Shown here: positions 13,506 to 25,461 of the stretch, one piece after another | Layout of the letters: every line of letters starts with the position of its first letter | Numbering within the stretch: the first letter of the stretch is position 1 | DNA from: Eledone cirrhosa | Taxonomy: Eukaryota | Direction: 5' to 3' | Length of the DNA stretch: 64,000 bases | NCBI GenBank assembly: GCA_964016885.1 | Contig: OZ024760.1 | Coordinates: 15,748,001 to 15,812,000, forward strand | Notes under the pieces: model-generated | Seen by the model: the letters and a program-made list of their open reading frames with translations, nothing else | Told to the model about the DNA's origin: nothing | Database searches by the model: none | Program-made: the position numbers and the translations under genes

Positions 13506-13706
13506 ATAATAATAATAAAAAGGACGATTTGTTATGTTTTCATTACATTTATTGAGTAGTGACGCACGTTTTGTTATTGATCAGCTCAAGGTATGATCTG
13601 TATTGATCTAGCCCAACTCTGGAATCAAAACCTCATTGGACTTCTGTTGTAGTAATGACAGAATGAACCTCTTAGGGCTTTGAAATAGTACATAACGATT
13701 CCATAT

Positions 13707-13737
<31 letters not shown>

Positions 13738-16700
13738 CAATGGAACCTTGGTTCACTAATAATTTACTAAAAATAAAACATTTCAGGTGACGAACAGTGT
13801 CTCCCAATAACGAACACGCAAGCCGGCAACAACAGCTGTCGACAAGCTGGGAGTATCGCGGGAAAGCATCATTTGCTGTATAGTTAGTTACTATGATGAT
13901 ATCTATCTGTCTGTCTGTCTTTCACACATAGTCTCTCTCTCACTCACTGTGTTTCTCTCTCAACATTTCATACGGGAAAAATAATTTTGGTTTACAAACA
14001 TTTCGGGTGACAGATGGCCTTCTGGTACAAATTAATTTTGTGAACCGAGGTTCCACTGTATAGTCCTCTATAGTAATATATATATATATATGTAGTCCAC
14101 TTTTTATCTTTGCTCAGCCGTCGAAGGATGGATTCTCTTCATAACCGGTGTCCATGAAGAAGCACAGGAAGACGATGTCTACGAAATATTTGCAAATTAT
14201 GGAGAAATAAAGAATTTGAATGTCAACCTGGATCGAAGAACGGGTTTCATTAAGGTAAAATCTCTCTGACTGTTACAGTGATGTTGTTAATAATAATAAT
14301 AATGATGATTTCTAGTATAGGCACAAGGCCAGTCATTTGGGGGGAGAGAAAAAATTAAATCAACCCCCAGTACGTTACCGGTACTTTATTTTATAGACCC
14401 TGTTAGGATGAAAGGTAAAGTTAACCTCGGTGGGATTTGAAATCAGAACGTAAAGGGCCGTAACTATGCCATGAAGCATGGTGTCTGACCCTCTACCGAT
14501 ACTGCCAATTCTCCACTCTTATAATAATAATAATAATATTGCTGGTTCATTTAAAATAGAGGCAAAATATCGCTGATTATTGTAGGAGGATGCTAATAAT
14601 ATTAACTCTGGTTCATATAAAACAATATCTGATTTGCTGTGTGTATCCTGGTTTTTAGAATAGGTACATCATATTCCTGTGTGTAAAGACCCTCTTTACA
14701 CACAGTAAAGACCCTCTTTGGTCATGAATGATTATGGGATTTGTACCTAGAAAGTTCTCTTCTGTGGAACAAGTTTGGGCAAGGTGTTTGTGGAAGATGT
14801 CCAAGGGAAATGCAATGGCTGATACAGCTTAGCACCAGTGATGTCACAACTCATTTCTACAGCTGAGTAAACTGGAACAACATGAAATAAGTGTCAAGAA
14901 CACCATGCATCACAAAACAGCCCATCCAACCCATGACTATGGAAAAGTGGACATAAAAACTACTGCCTTTCTTAACCCTTAAACATTTACATTACTCTAT
15001 ATATACTATTGTATTTTCATGGTAAAGGCTTTACCTCACATAATATCTCATAACATTTACATTACTCTATATATACTATTGTATTTTCATGGTAAAGGCT
15101 TTACCTCACATAATATCTCATAACATTTACATTACTCTATATATACTATTGTATTTTCATAGTAAAGGCTTTACCTCACATAACATTTACATTACTCTAT
15201 ATATACTATTGTATTTTCATGGTAAAGGCTTTACCTCACATAATATCTCATAACATTTACATTACTCTATATATACTATTGTATTTTCATAGTAAAGGCT
15301 TTACCTCACATAACATTTACATTACTCTATATATACTATTGTATTTTCATGGTAAAAGCTTTACCTCACATAATATCAAATCTATGAGATTTTGATATTA
15401 TTTTGAGAACCATACCTTAACATCAGTATGAGTAGCCAGTTATGGCTGGTTTGAACAGAAAGAAGTGAGAGAATTCTGGCCGGATACGGCCAGTATAAAT
15501 GCTAAAGGGTTAATGTAGCCACTTTTGGGTGTATTTTATCATAACACCAGCACTAAACATAAAAAAATCTAAAAATTCCAAATTGCTGATTTTAAACTAA
15601 CAATTTTGTTTTTTTTCTGTTTCACTTTTAAACAGGGTTATGCTCTAGTTGAATATGAAACATTCAAAGAAGCCCAGAGTGCAATGGATGCTCTGAATGG
15701 ATCTGATATGTTGGGGCAGAAAATAAACGTTGACTGGTGCTTTGTGCGTGGACCAAGGAAAAGCAGGTAAGGATTTTTGTTCGAGTTAAAGTTAGGGTTT
15801 GTCTGAAGTTCAGTGATTCATTAGGTTGGAGTTTATCCTAGTTTCATTAGCGTTTAAATGACTGAGTGTACAAAACAAACACACATACACATATATCTCT
15901 TAGACCAAGGAAAAGCAGTTAACCTTTTAGCATTTAAACTGGCTGTATCCAGCCAGAATTCCGTCACCTGTAACTAGCCGCTCATTCTGATGTTAAGGTA
16001 TTGTTCTCAAAATAAATAACATCAAAATCTTGTAGATTCGATATGTGAGATAAATTGTTTACTGTGAAAATATAATAGTAAATATAGAGTAATGTAAATG
16101 ATAAAGGGTTAAAGTTAAGGTTTGTCTGAAGCCCAGTGTCTCATTGAGTTGGATTTTATCTCAATTTCATAGACCTTTAAATGACTGAGTGTACAAAACA
16201 GATACACACACACTTCTCTTAGACAGGACACTGGTCTGTCACTGGGTTAAGATAAAACAGCTGCTGGTACTCATGACATTCAGTTTTGCTGCTAAGTAGA
16301 CTTGAGCAACATGGAATGAAGTGTCTTGCTCAAGGACACAACATGCTGTTCGGTCCAGGAATTAAACCCACAGCCTCACACTTGTTAGCCCTGATAACAA
16401 AACCACACACCTTCATCATTGTTATTGCTTGCTGTTTTCATTCCATCTACCTTTAGTACTGCATGAAACCACATTAGTGATACAGTGTTGCAAAGTACAA
16501 AACAGGACTATGACTGCATCACATTAAAACTTAAAGTCTTTAGTCTAATACAACAGATTTTTACAAAGATCTGTCCACTAGTAAAGCTATAAACATTTGA
16601 ATTAAGAAACCTATTTTAAAATATTTTCTGTTAACCCTTTAACATTTAAATTGGCTGTATCTGACCAGAACTCTCTCACCTCTTTCTGTTCAAAGCGGCC

Positions 16701-16958
16701 ATAAGTTGTTCATACTTATGTTAAGGTATTCTCCTCAAAATCTCGTAGATTCAATACTATGTGAGGTGAAGCCTTTACCACAAAAATACAATAGTATTTA
16801 TGGAGTAATGTAAATGCTAAAGGGTTAATCTTGTCATTCTTTCTTTCATTTCCTGTTGTAGCCGAAGCAGACGTGACCGAGATAGAGACCGAGGAGATCG
16901 AGGAGATCGAGGAGAGCGAGGAGATAGAGGAGATAGAGAAGACAGACGCAGGCGCTGA
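10894..16958 (+). CDS. RBM8A: RNA-binding protein 8A (Y14/tsunagi, exon junction complex core), 6 exons, 188 aa
   Basis: Exons 10894-10957, 12308-12367, 12830-12907, 14118-14254, 15636-15766, 16862-16958, all GT-AG with consistent phases (567 nt). MADVLD..., [66 protein letters not shown] are Y14 hallmarks. Confidence 0.97.
12308..12367 (+). CDS. RBM8A: RBM8A exon 2
   Basis: [20 protein letters not shown]; acceptor ttgcag followed by aag (NAGNAG). Confidence 0.95.
12449..12747. mobile_element. hAT (Charlie-like) MITE
   Basis: TIRs cagaggttctcaaa ... tttgagaacctctg. Confidence 0.7.
12830..12907 (+). CDS. RBM8A: RBM8A exon 3
   Basis: [26 protein letters not shown]; donor GTAAGT. Confidence 0.93.
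13100..13375 (-). mobile_element. Non-LTR retrotransposon 3' remnant (Vingi/Ingi-like Zn knuckle)
   Basis: LRSGVG...NLAKWG...CGC...QTKQHLL. Confidence 0.65.
13558..13642 (-). ncRNA. Degenerate third copy of the extended-stem-II hammerhead element
   Basis: agt-CCAATGA...AAAA-cgtgcg-TC-act; aligns by eye to the 28267 and 39765 copies. Confidence 0.4.
13738..14058. mobile_element. pogo/Tigger-like MITE
   Basis: ta-caatggaaccttggttcac ... gtgaaccgaggttccactg-ta (TA target). A similar TA-flanked element lies at ~4200-4340. Confidence 0.7.
14118..14254 (+). CDS. RBM8A: RBM8A exon 4
   Basis: [46 protein letters not shown] (RRM). Confidence 0.97.
15636..15766 (+). CDS. RBM8A: RBM8A exon 5
   Basis: [43 protein letters not shown]. 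Confidence 0.97.
16862..16958 (+). CDS. RBM8A: RBM8A exon 6 (terminal)
   Basis: [32 protein letters not shown]; ends in DRRRR like other Y14 proteins. Confidence 0.9.
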
Positions 16959-17070
16959 TATAAAGAAATATTTTGTAACAAAGTCTTTTTATTTTATAAT
17001 TATTTTTTTTAATTAATTTTTTTCATGTTCGGGGGATGTTGGGTTGGTGGGGGGGAAGTCATTTTCATTT

Positions 17071-17076
17071 AATAAA
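17071..17076 (+). promoter_or_regulatory. Likely RBM8A polyadenylation signal AATAAA
   Basis: AATAAA about 110 nt after the stop, followed by a T/GT-rich tract. Confidence 0.6.
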
Positions 17077-17949
17077 CAACTGAAAACTTTTAACTACTTC
17101 TTTTCTTTACTTTTATGTTGTTTTTGGCTGTAATCGGTAGAGCGTCGGACACCATGTTTTGAAACATAGAGTTACGTCCCTTTACGTTTTGAGTTCCAAT
17201 CCTGCCGAAGTTAACTTTGCTTTTCATCCTTATGAGGTTGATAAAATAAAGCACCAGTAATGCACTGGGGTTGATTTAATCGACTTCCCCTCCCTTCCCC
17301 CAAATTGATGGAAATTCTTATTGTTGAAGGGTGGCAGATTGGCTGTAGAATCGGTAATGTTGGGCAACATTTTATGGCATAGAGTTACGTCCCTTGCCGT
17401 TCTGAGTTCAAATCCTGCCTTTCATACTTACGGGGTCGATAAAATAAATACCAGTAATACACTGGGTAATTGCTGGCCTTGTGCCTAAAGTAGAAACTAT
17501 TATTATGATGGATTGGCAGTGACGGAAGAGCATCAGACAACATGCTTTGCAGCATAGAGTTACGGCCCTTTATGTTTTGAGTTCAAATCACACTGAGGTT
17601 ACTTTTGACTTTCGTTTTTTCAAGGTCGATAAAATAAAGTACCAGTAATGCACTGGGGTTGATTTAACCGACTTCCTTTCCCCCAAAACTGTTGGCCTTG
17701 TGTCTAAATCAGAAACTTGTAATTATTATTATTGGGGCAGTAAATCAGACAACACCTTGTGAAAACCTGGCTAACCCTTGCTAATAGGGAACACGGATGT
17801 TAAATGATGATGGAGTAGTTTGAGAAGGTTTGTAGTTGTGAAGATAGGGGCCTTGGAGTTACATGTAATACAGATCACAAGAAGCAGGTAGACAAAGAGG
17901 TATGCTCTGAGTTCAAATCCAGTCAAGATTTTGTGTAACTTTTTTCTCT

Positions 17950-18470
17950 TCTTCACCCCCTTATTCCTGAGAGGGTCGTTTGGGGGCAGTGTCCTCAAAC
18001 ATTTCTTCCTGCAGGTCCTGTCAAAAGCAACCATTTCCAACTGATCTGGCTGGATCATCAAGTGAGACAAGCCAAGCTCATGGATGTTATTAAACCTAGG
18101 GTCCCCTGGGTCTCCTTCCAGTTAGTTTTGCCTGTAAAATTTGTCCAGCGATTCTTTCCTGAGACATTCTAACCACATGTCCATAGTATCGGAGCTGTGA
18201 TCTCTCAATTCGGAGAAGTAGCGACTCTACCTTGAATGTCTCTTTGAACTCCGAACTACAAATCTGACCACATTCTATCCTGAGACATTCTAACCACATG
18301 ACCATAGTATCGGAGCTGAGATCTCTCAATTTGGAGAAGTAATGGCTCTACCCGGAATGTCTCTCTAATCTCCGAGCTACAAATCTGACCAGAGATTCTA
18401 TCCTGAGACATTCTAACCACATGACCATAGTATTAGAGCTGAGATCTCTCAATTCGGAGAAGTAGCAGCT
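17950..18470 (-). mobile_element. LINE (RTE-like) 3' remnant with internal tandem triplication
   Basis: LLRIERSQLRYYGHVVRMSQERIA...GRRPRG. Related copies at ~1860-2215 and ~1200-1430. Confidence 0.7.
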
Positions 18471-19287
18471 CTACATGGAGTGACTGTAACATTTTAAATA
18501 AAAAAAACAAACTTTGTGGAATTTGTTTTTTAAACTATTATAAACATTGGAAACCACTGTTGTGGAAAATGATATGATGCACACAGAGGCATAGGAAGGA
18601 GCTCTCTGATATACTCTGAGATTGCCAATGGACCCCTTGATAATAAAAGTCTGTCTCGAGCATGGAAGCTCAGCAGACATGCGACTATCCTGGTTTCCGT
18701 GGCGTGAAGCAACTAAAAGTACAAGTCTCCCCACTGAATAGGATGCCTGTCCATTGCAGGGTTAAATCCCCAGCTGAGTATACTGTAACAATGTGAAATT
18801 GAGTGTTTTGCTCAAGAACACAACACACAACACAGTCCAGAAATTGAACCGATGACATTAAAATCATAAGTCCAACAGCGTTACCACTAAGCCACATGCC
18901 TCCGCACCCTCCTTAATAATGGTACATCCAAAATACATTGGGACTGATAAACATTTCTAAGGTTACATTCTCTTTGGTTCTTGTTTAAAAAATGCTCTTC
19001 CTGGGTCGATAAAATAAAGTACCAGTTACGTGCTGGTGTCCACGTTGGTCTTGTACCTAATTTAGAAATCATTTTATTGTTGATTTATATACGGAAATAG
19101 ACAGATGTAACTAGAGTATGGTAAGCATGGCTCGTACTATGGACCGCACTTGGACTAGGAGCACGTTCTATTAAAGTCAAGCCTCGTCAGAGAGTGAAAA
19201 AAGAAACTCCTTCAAATGTATGATCAGTCTGATTATCATAGGTGAGAACGCTATGGTGGCTGGATCATTAAACCATTTATATGAATT

Positions 19288-19318
19288 ACTAGCTGAATGA
19301 CCCGGCGTTGCCTGGGTT
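19288..19318 (-). mobile_element. Helitron-like 3' terminus
   Basis: Minus strand: GC-rich hairpin cccaggc-aac-gccggg, short spacer, CTAG-T. Confidence 0.55.
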
Positions 19319-20569
19319 ACTGTTGGTCTTATTCAGATAAGTAAACAATAAATATAAAGATATATATTTTTCTCATAATTATTTCAAAATATCTATATTT
19401 TATATAAAAAAAAAATATCAAAATTATAATGATAATAGAATTTAGAAATGAAGATTTGTCAATCTTGAAGCACCTCAGGGTAAGCAATATTTATTGTGTA
19501 ATTTTTTGATGGTGTCCAAATGAATAAGTTGCTACTGCTTCTGACTTGTGAGCAAACAACATGGAGTTGACCGTGGGAGAAACATGTAGTAGAGAGATCA
19601 AGTCCGTCTACATTGAGGGATTAGGCCCATAGGTAAAAATACAGTGCTGGACGGGGGTGCAATTTCATTACTTGCCCATAGGCGGTATTTTCTCTAGTTA
19701 TGATCTGGAGATAGATGAATGTCAGGTTTCATTTTCATTATACTTAAAACGAAAAGGTCGGTAGATTGGCAGTATCGGTAGAGTTGGACACTATGCTTTG
19801 AAGCATAGAGTTACGGTCCTTTACAGTCTGAGTTCAAATCCCGCCGAGGTTAACTTTGCCTTTTATCCTTACGGGGTCGATAAAATAAAGTACCAGTCAC
19901 GCACTGGAGTCGATTTAATCGACTTCCCCCCCACCCTAAATTGCTGGCCTTTATTCATTATTCTTAAAACGAAAGATGACCTCATTTCGAATAAGACTCT
20001 AATGAGTCAACTCTTTGATGTATTACAATCGATTAACCACAGCCTATAGTTTAACCCTTTAGCATTTAAACCAGCCGTATCCGGCCGGAATTCTCTCACC
20101 TCTTTCTGTTCAAACCGGCGTTAACTGGCCCGATGACAATAAGATCGTAAGTCCAACACCGTTACCACTAAGCCACATGTCTCCGCACCCTCCTTGATAA
20201 TGGTACGTTCAAAATATATTGGGACTGATAAACACTTTCTGTTCAAACCGGCTGTAACTAGCCACTCATACTGATGTTAAGGTATTATTCTCAAAATAAT
20301 TAATATCAAAATCTCATAGATTCAATATTATGTGAGATATTATGTAAGATGAAGCCTTTACCGTGAAAATACAATAGTATATATAGAGTAATGTAGATGT
20401 TAAAAGGTTAAAGTGCATTTGATCCCTGCTTGTGCTATTCTAAATATCATTTTGTGTCAAATACTACACGAGGTGTTTACACAATAAATGATGGTTAACC
20501 CTTACGTTACTCTATATAGTATATTATTGTATTTTCGTAGTAAAGACTTTGTCTTACACAATTATCTCT

Positions 20570-20900
20570 CCAAGTACCGGTCACTCTCTGACAGGTTTGC
20601 AGTTGTGCCCTTGGCAGTGGAGACTTCTGGTGTCCTTAGCCCCAGGGCTACCCTCCTACTTGCCACCATAGGTACAGAGCTGGCTACCTGTAGCAGTGGA
20701 GATTTCTGGTGTCCTTGGCACTAGGGCTACCCCCTACTCACCACCATAGGCGCTGAGCTGGTCAACCGCAGGTGTGTGCCTCGCGAGATGGAATGGTTCT
20801 TCCAGCGCATCTCCCTTACCATCCTCCGGGGAAACGCCTTCTCCATTGTCCGCCGGGGCTGTGGGCCGACCAGCACGTGGGACCCCATTTGCTCACAATA
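20570..20900 (+). mobile_element. CRE-clade-like non-LTR remnant (restriction-like endonuclease C-terminus)
   Basis: KYRSLSDRFAVVPLAVETSG..., then REMEWFFQRISLTILRGNAFSI. Partial second copy at ~22028-22290. Confidence 0.65.
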
Positions 20901-22724
20901 CGGAAAGATGGGGAGGGCGAGAGAGATGGACCCATGATTGTGGGAGTTCGGTTTTTCTGTGTTCGAACACATTGCACCTGTTATGTGGCTCATGTGATAT
21001 TATCTCACATAATATCCCACCCATAACAGAATGGAAACGTGGGCATAAAAATAGCTGCCTTTCTTAGCCCTTTAGCATTTACTATTTTATTGTATACTAT
21101 TTTATTATATACTATTTTATTTTCGCGGTAAAGGCTTTACATCACATAATATGGAATCTATAAGATTTTGATATTATTTATTTTGAGAAAAATACCTTAA
21201 CATAAGTACAAGTGACCAGTTTCGGACATTTTGAACAAAAATATGTGAGAGATTCTGGCCGGTGGTTTGAACAGAAAGAGGTGAGATAATTCTGGTCAGA
21301 TATGGCTGGTTTAAATGCTAAAGGGTTATGACACTTAAAACATCCAGAAAATGTTAAAAAACAAATCGAACAGCTATTACAAATGCTTCTTCAGTTCAGA
21401 GAATATCAAACACAGGGTCATAGCAACTGCTTCAAAGATCTGTGCAGCAGTTGTAAAATTTCTACAAAGTAGACATTGACAGAATCCGCTGGAAGGAGTG
21501 TTTGAGGACTCTGCCCCTCCCCCTACGACCCTCCCATGAATAAGTGGACGAAGAAGAGGAAAAAGAAGAAATGAATGTAAGAAAAAAAATAACAATGTTA
21601 CTCAAAAGAGAAGAGGTACGATGCATGCGCAATAATTCGCGAACAACATCCTTTCCAAATAATAGCCATTTGTTTTTATCCCCCGTCAATTAAAGTAACG
21701 TGTATCGTTTTACCCTTCCATATATGTGTTCCAAATTGGATATTACACACAATAATGGACGGCAGGACCTCAATATGGCATGGAACTAGTAAAATAGTAA
21801 GTACTATCTTTTATTTTAAACTACTTTCAGAAAGTTTTACAGAACAGTCAAGTGTATTTCATATTTCCCGTTTTATCAACTTTTACCACCCCACCCCTCC
21901 CCCCAAGTGTTAAACAATTTTTTTTTGCTTCGTAACTGTTAATTCCCAAACAAGAGAGTTGAGGCAGATTTAACAATTGTATCCCATTAAACGCCTGGAG
22001 AGGGATGGGATCTGCCAGGCTTAACCGTTGGAATGGCTCTTCCAGCGCATCTCCCTTACCATCCTCTGTCCGCTGGGGCTGTGGGGAGGCCAGAACGTGG
22101 GACCGCATTTGCTCACAATACTGAAAGATGGGGAGGACGAGAGAGATGGACCCATGATTGTGGGAGTTCGGTTTTTTCTGTGTTCGGACACATTGCACCT
22201 GTTATGTGGCTCATGTGATATTATCTCACATAATATCCCATCCATAACAGAATGGAAAAGTGGGCATAAAAATGGCTGCCTTTCTTAGCCCTTTAGCATT
22301 TACTTTACTCTATATACTATTTTATTTTCGCGGTAAAGGGTTTACCTCACATAATATTGAATCTATGAGATTTTGATATTATTTATTTTGAGAGAAATAC
22401 CTTAACATAAGTACCATATAATGTTATATATGTATATATTTAAAACATATATGTAATGTTATATATATATATTTAAAACATATATGTAATGTTATATATA
22501 TATTTAAAACATATTTGTAATGTATATATTAAAACATATTTGTAATATGATCTATGTATATATTTAAAACAGCGCGTGTATTATATATTTCTGGCAATAA
22601 TATAATTGACCCTCCTCAAATATAACAATATGTAATGTTATTTATACAATTGTGACAGCCTGAGTAAAGAGAAATAATATATACTTTAAAATGATCAGAA
22701 TTCTTTATTAAATCATTAAAAAAA

Positions 22725-23290
22725 ATTGCTGGTTTGGTATCCTGACCTCTGGTTTGATATCGAACTGCAGTTTGTTGCTGGTTAAATATCGAACTGCAGT
22801 TTGTTGCTGGTTAAATATCGAACTGCAGTTTGTTGCTGGTTTGGTATCAGACTTCCAATGTGATCTATTTCCGGTTTGTTACTGGTTTGGTATCGAGAAC
22901 TTTAATGAGGGCCTATGAGGGGGGAGGGGTTCCAGCCGGTACTTTGTTTCGGGGCCCAAGAGTTACGAAGACCTCACATCAACCATGCAACAGCCATTTT
23001 GAGGAAAATCTTTGCCCACTTCGGGCCTCAAAGGGGGTCTTGTACGACCTTGCAAAATTTCTCTTTGAGGCCCTGCCTCTAATGTTATTGAAATGCAGTT
23101 TGTTACTGGTTTGGTATCGAGACTTCCAATGTTATCGATCTTCAGTTCGTTACTGGTTTGGTATCGAAACCTCCAATGTGATTTATCTCCAGTTTGTTAC
23201 TGGTTTGGTATCAAGACTTCTAATGTTATCGATCTGCAGTTTGTTGCTGGTTTGGTATCGAAACCGCCAATGTTACCTATCTCTAGACTG
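22725..23290. repeat. Degenerate ~49-bp (and 29-bp) minisatellite
   Basis: cagtttgttgctggtttggtatcg... repeated, interrupted at ~22900-23080. Confidence 0.85.
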
Positions 23291-23579
23291 CTGTTGTTCT
23301 CCGCCAAATTGAGAGGAGGGCTTTACGCCTGAGGAAGGAACCACGTGAGGTTGAATAGCTGGTGTAGTGGGTATCTCTGGCTGTCTTCCGTGACGATGCT
23401 TTCACCATCTTGTCCGCGAGGCACAGCTGAGATGTTCAACACAGCCATCACTGTAGAGTTGACGCCCCGCCCTCCCCATTGCTTCAAAATGTTTTGTATT
23501 TTTCCTTCGTTCTCCGTCTTTTTTTCCTATTTCATTATTGTCATTTCTATAATCAATATCCTTGAAAATAAATTACACA

Positions 23580-24590
23580 GCTGTTATTATTAGCAGTGGT
23601 GGTGGTGGTGGTGTTATTAGTGATGGTGGTGGTGTTATTAGCAGTGGTGGTGTTGGTGTTATTAGTGGTAGTGGTGGTGGTGGTGGTGTTATTAGTGATG
23701 GTGGTGGTGTTATTAGCAGTGGTGGTGTTGGTGTTATTAGTGGTAGTGGTGGTGGTGGTGGTGTTATTAGTGATGGTGGTGGTGTTATTAGCAGTGGTGG
23801 TGTTGGTGTTATTAGTGGTAGTGGTGGTGGTGGTGGTGTTATTAGTGATGGTGGTGGTGTTATTAGCAATAGTGGCGGTGGAGGTGATGTGGTGGTGGTG
23901 GTGGGGAGAGATCTGAATCATATCCGCTCTTCACACACTTTATCATTCCGACTCACATTTCCAAATGTCAACAGACTTTTTCATTACAATTTGCTCTCTT
24001 CACCTAAAGCCATCGAACTTAGCGCGTGCGCGCACACACACACACCCATACACACACACATACACACACACACACATACACACATACATACACATGCGTA
24101 CACACACACACATACACGTGCACACACCAATATCTACATACACATGCACACACACAGACATGCGCACACACACAGACATGCGCACACACACATATATACA
24201 CACACAGATATACACATACACAAGTGCACACATGCACACACACACAGATGCACACATACACACATACACACACACGCACACATGCACACACACACACAAA
24301 TATACACATACGCACACATACACACACACACAGACACACAAGCACACACACGCACACAAATATACACATACACACACGAACACATACACACACACAGACA
24401 GGCACGCATACCCCCCCCCCCACGCACATATATCCCCCCTCACCCCTACCCCCACACACACCCACACACAAACACACACCTATACACATACACACGCGCA
24501 CATATACATACACACCACACACACCCACACATGCGCACACATGCATACACACATACACACACACACATACACACACACACGCCCACAGAT
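23580..24590. repeat. (GGT)n higher-order 69-bp repeat followed by a (CA)n-rich tract
   Basis: Direct inspection. Confidence 0.9.
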
Positions 24591-25091
24591 GTTTCCTTTT
24601 ATAAATATCCATATGAGTTAGTTTTAACGGTAAATATTTATATTGCAGAGAATCATTCATAATTTTCATCCACTGGATTTTTTCAAATATTTCTGGAGTA
24701 TTTCAGAATGGTGGATTAGAATAATTGGTAGAGCATCGAATCAAATCTCAATGCCGAATTTGTTCTGATTCTTAACATTTCCGAGTTCAAATCACGCCGA
24801 GGCCAACTGTGCTTTTCATTCTTTCGGGGTTAATAGAATAAAGTAAGAGGATAGCAAGTGAGACGTGTTGAAATAACCACTTCAACTAATAGGTTTCGTT
24901 CACTCCAGTAGATGGACAACTTCGCCATGATAGCTGCCAGTTGTGGAGGTGCATGGTTTAGTGGTTAGAGCATTGGGCTTGCAATCGAAAGGTTGTGAGT
25001 TCAATTCTCGGACCGGGTGATGTGTTGTTTCCTTGAGCAAGACACTTTATTTCACCTTGCTCCAGTTTACTCAGCTGTAGAAATGAGATGA

Positions 25092-25335
25092 TAGGTTCAC
25101 TGCTGAGGGTGACCAACTCTGTCGCCATAGCAGCGAGTAGGGAGGTGATACAGGGACCCAGTTGATTTCATAAGGTTCACTGCTGAGGGTAACCAACTCT
25201 GTCGCCATAGCAGCGAGTAGGGAGGTGATACGAGGACCCAGATCTTTTCATAGGGCTCACTCCTGCAGGTGGCTGACTCTGCCGCGATAGCAGCGAATAG
25301 TGAGGTGGTAGGGGACCCAGTTGATTTCATAGGGG
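25092..25335. repeat. ~77-bp tandem repeat (3 units) leading into the palindrome
   Basis: ttcactgctgagggt..ccaactctgtcgccatagcagcgagtagggaggtg repeated. Confidence 0.85.
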
Positions 25336-25461
25336 CACCAAACTCTGCCGCGATAGAAGCGTGTAGGGAGGTTTTTAAACCCTAACTCCAATAAACATCG
25401 GTTTATTGGAGTTAGGGTTTAAAAACCTCCCTACACGCTTCTATCGCGACAGAGTTTGGTG
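25336..25461. repeat. Near-perfect palindrome, 61-bp arms, 4-nt loop
   Basis: Arms 25336-25396 and 25401-25461, one mismatch. Confidence 0.95.

Noticed and set aside
16831-17016. Acidic ORF (EIEEIEE)
   Set aside because: Alternative frame of RBM8A exon 6; splice phase selects the Arg-rich frame.
23562-24662. 366-aa Gly-rich/His-Thr ORF
   Set aside because: Entirely (GGT)n and (CA)n repeat with a TTG start; no splice or domain support.
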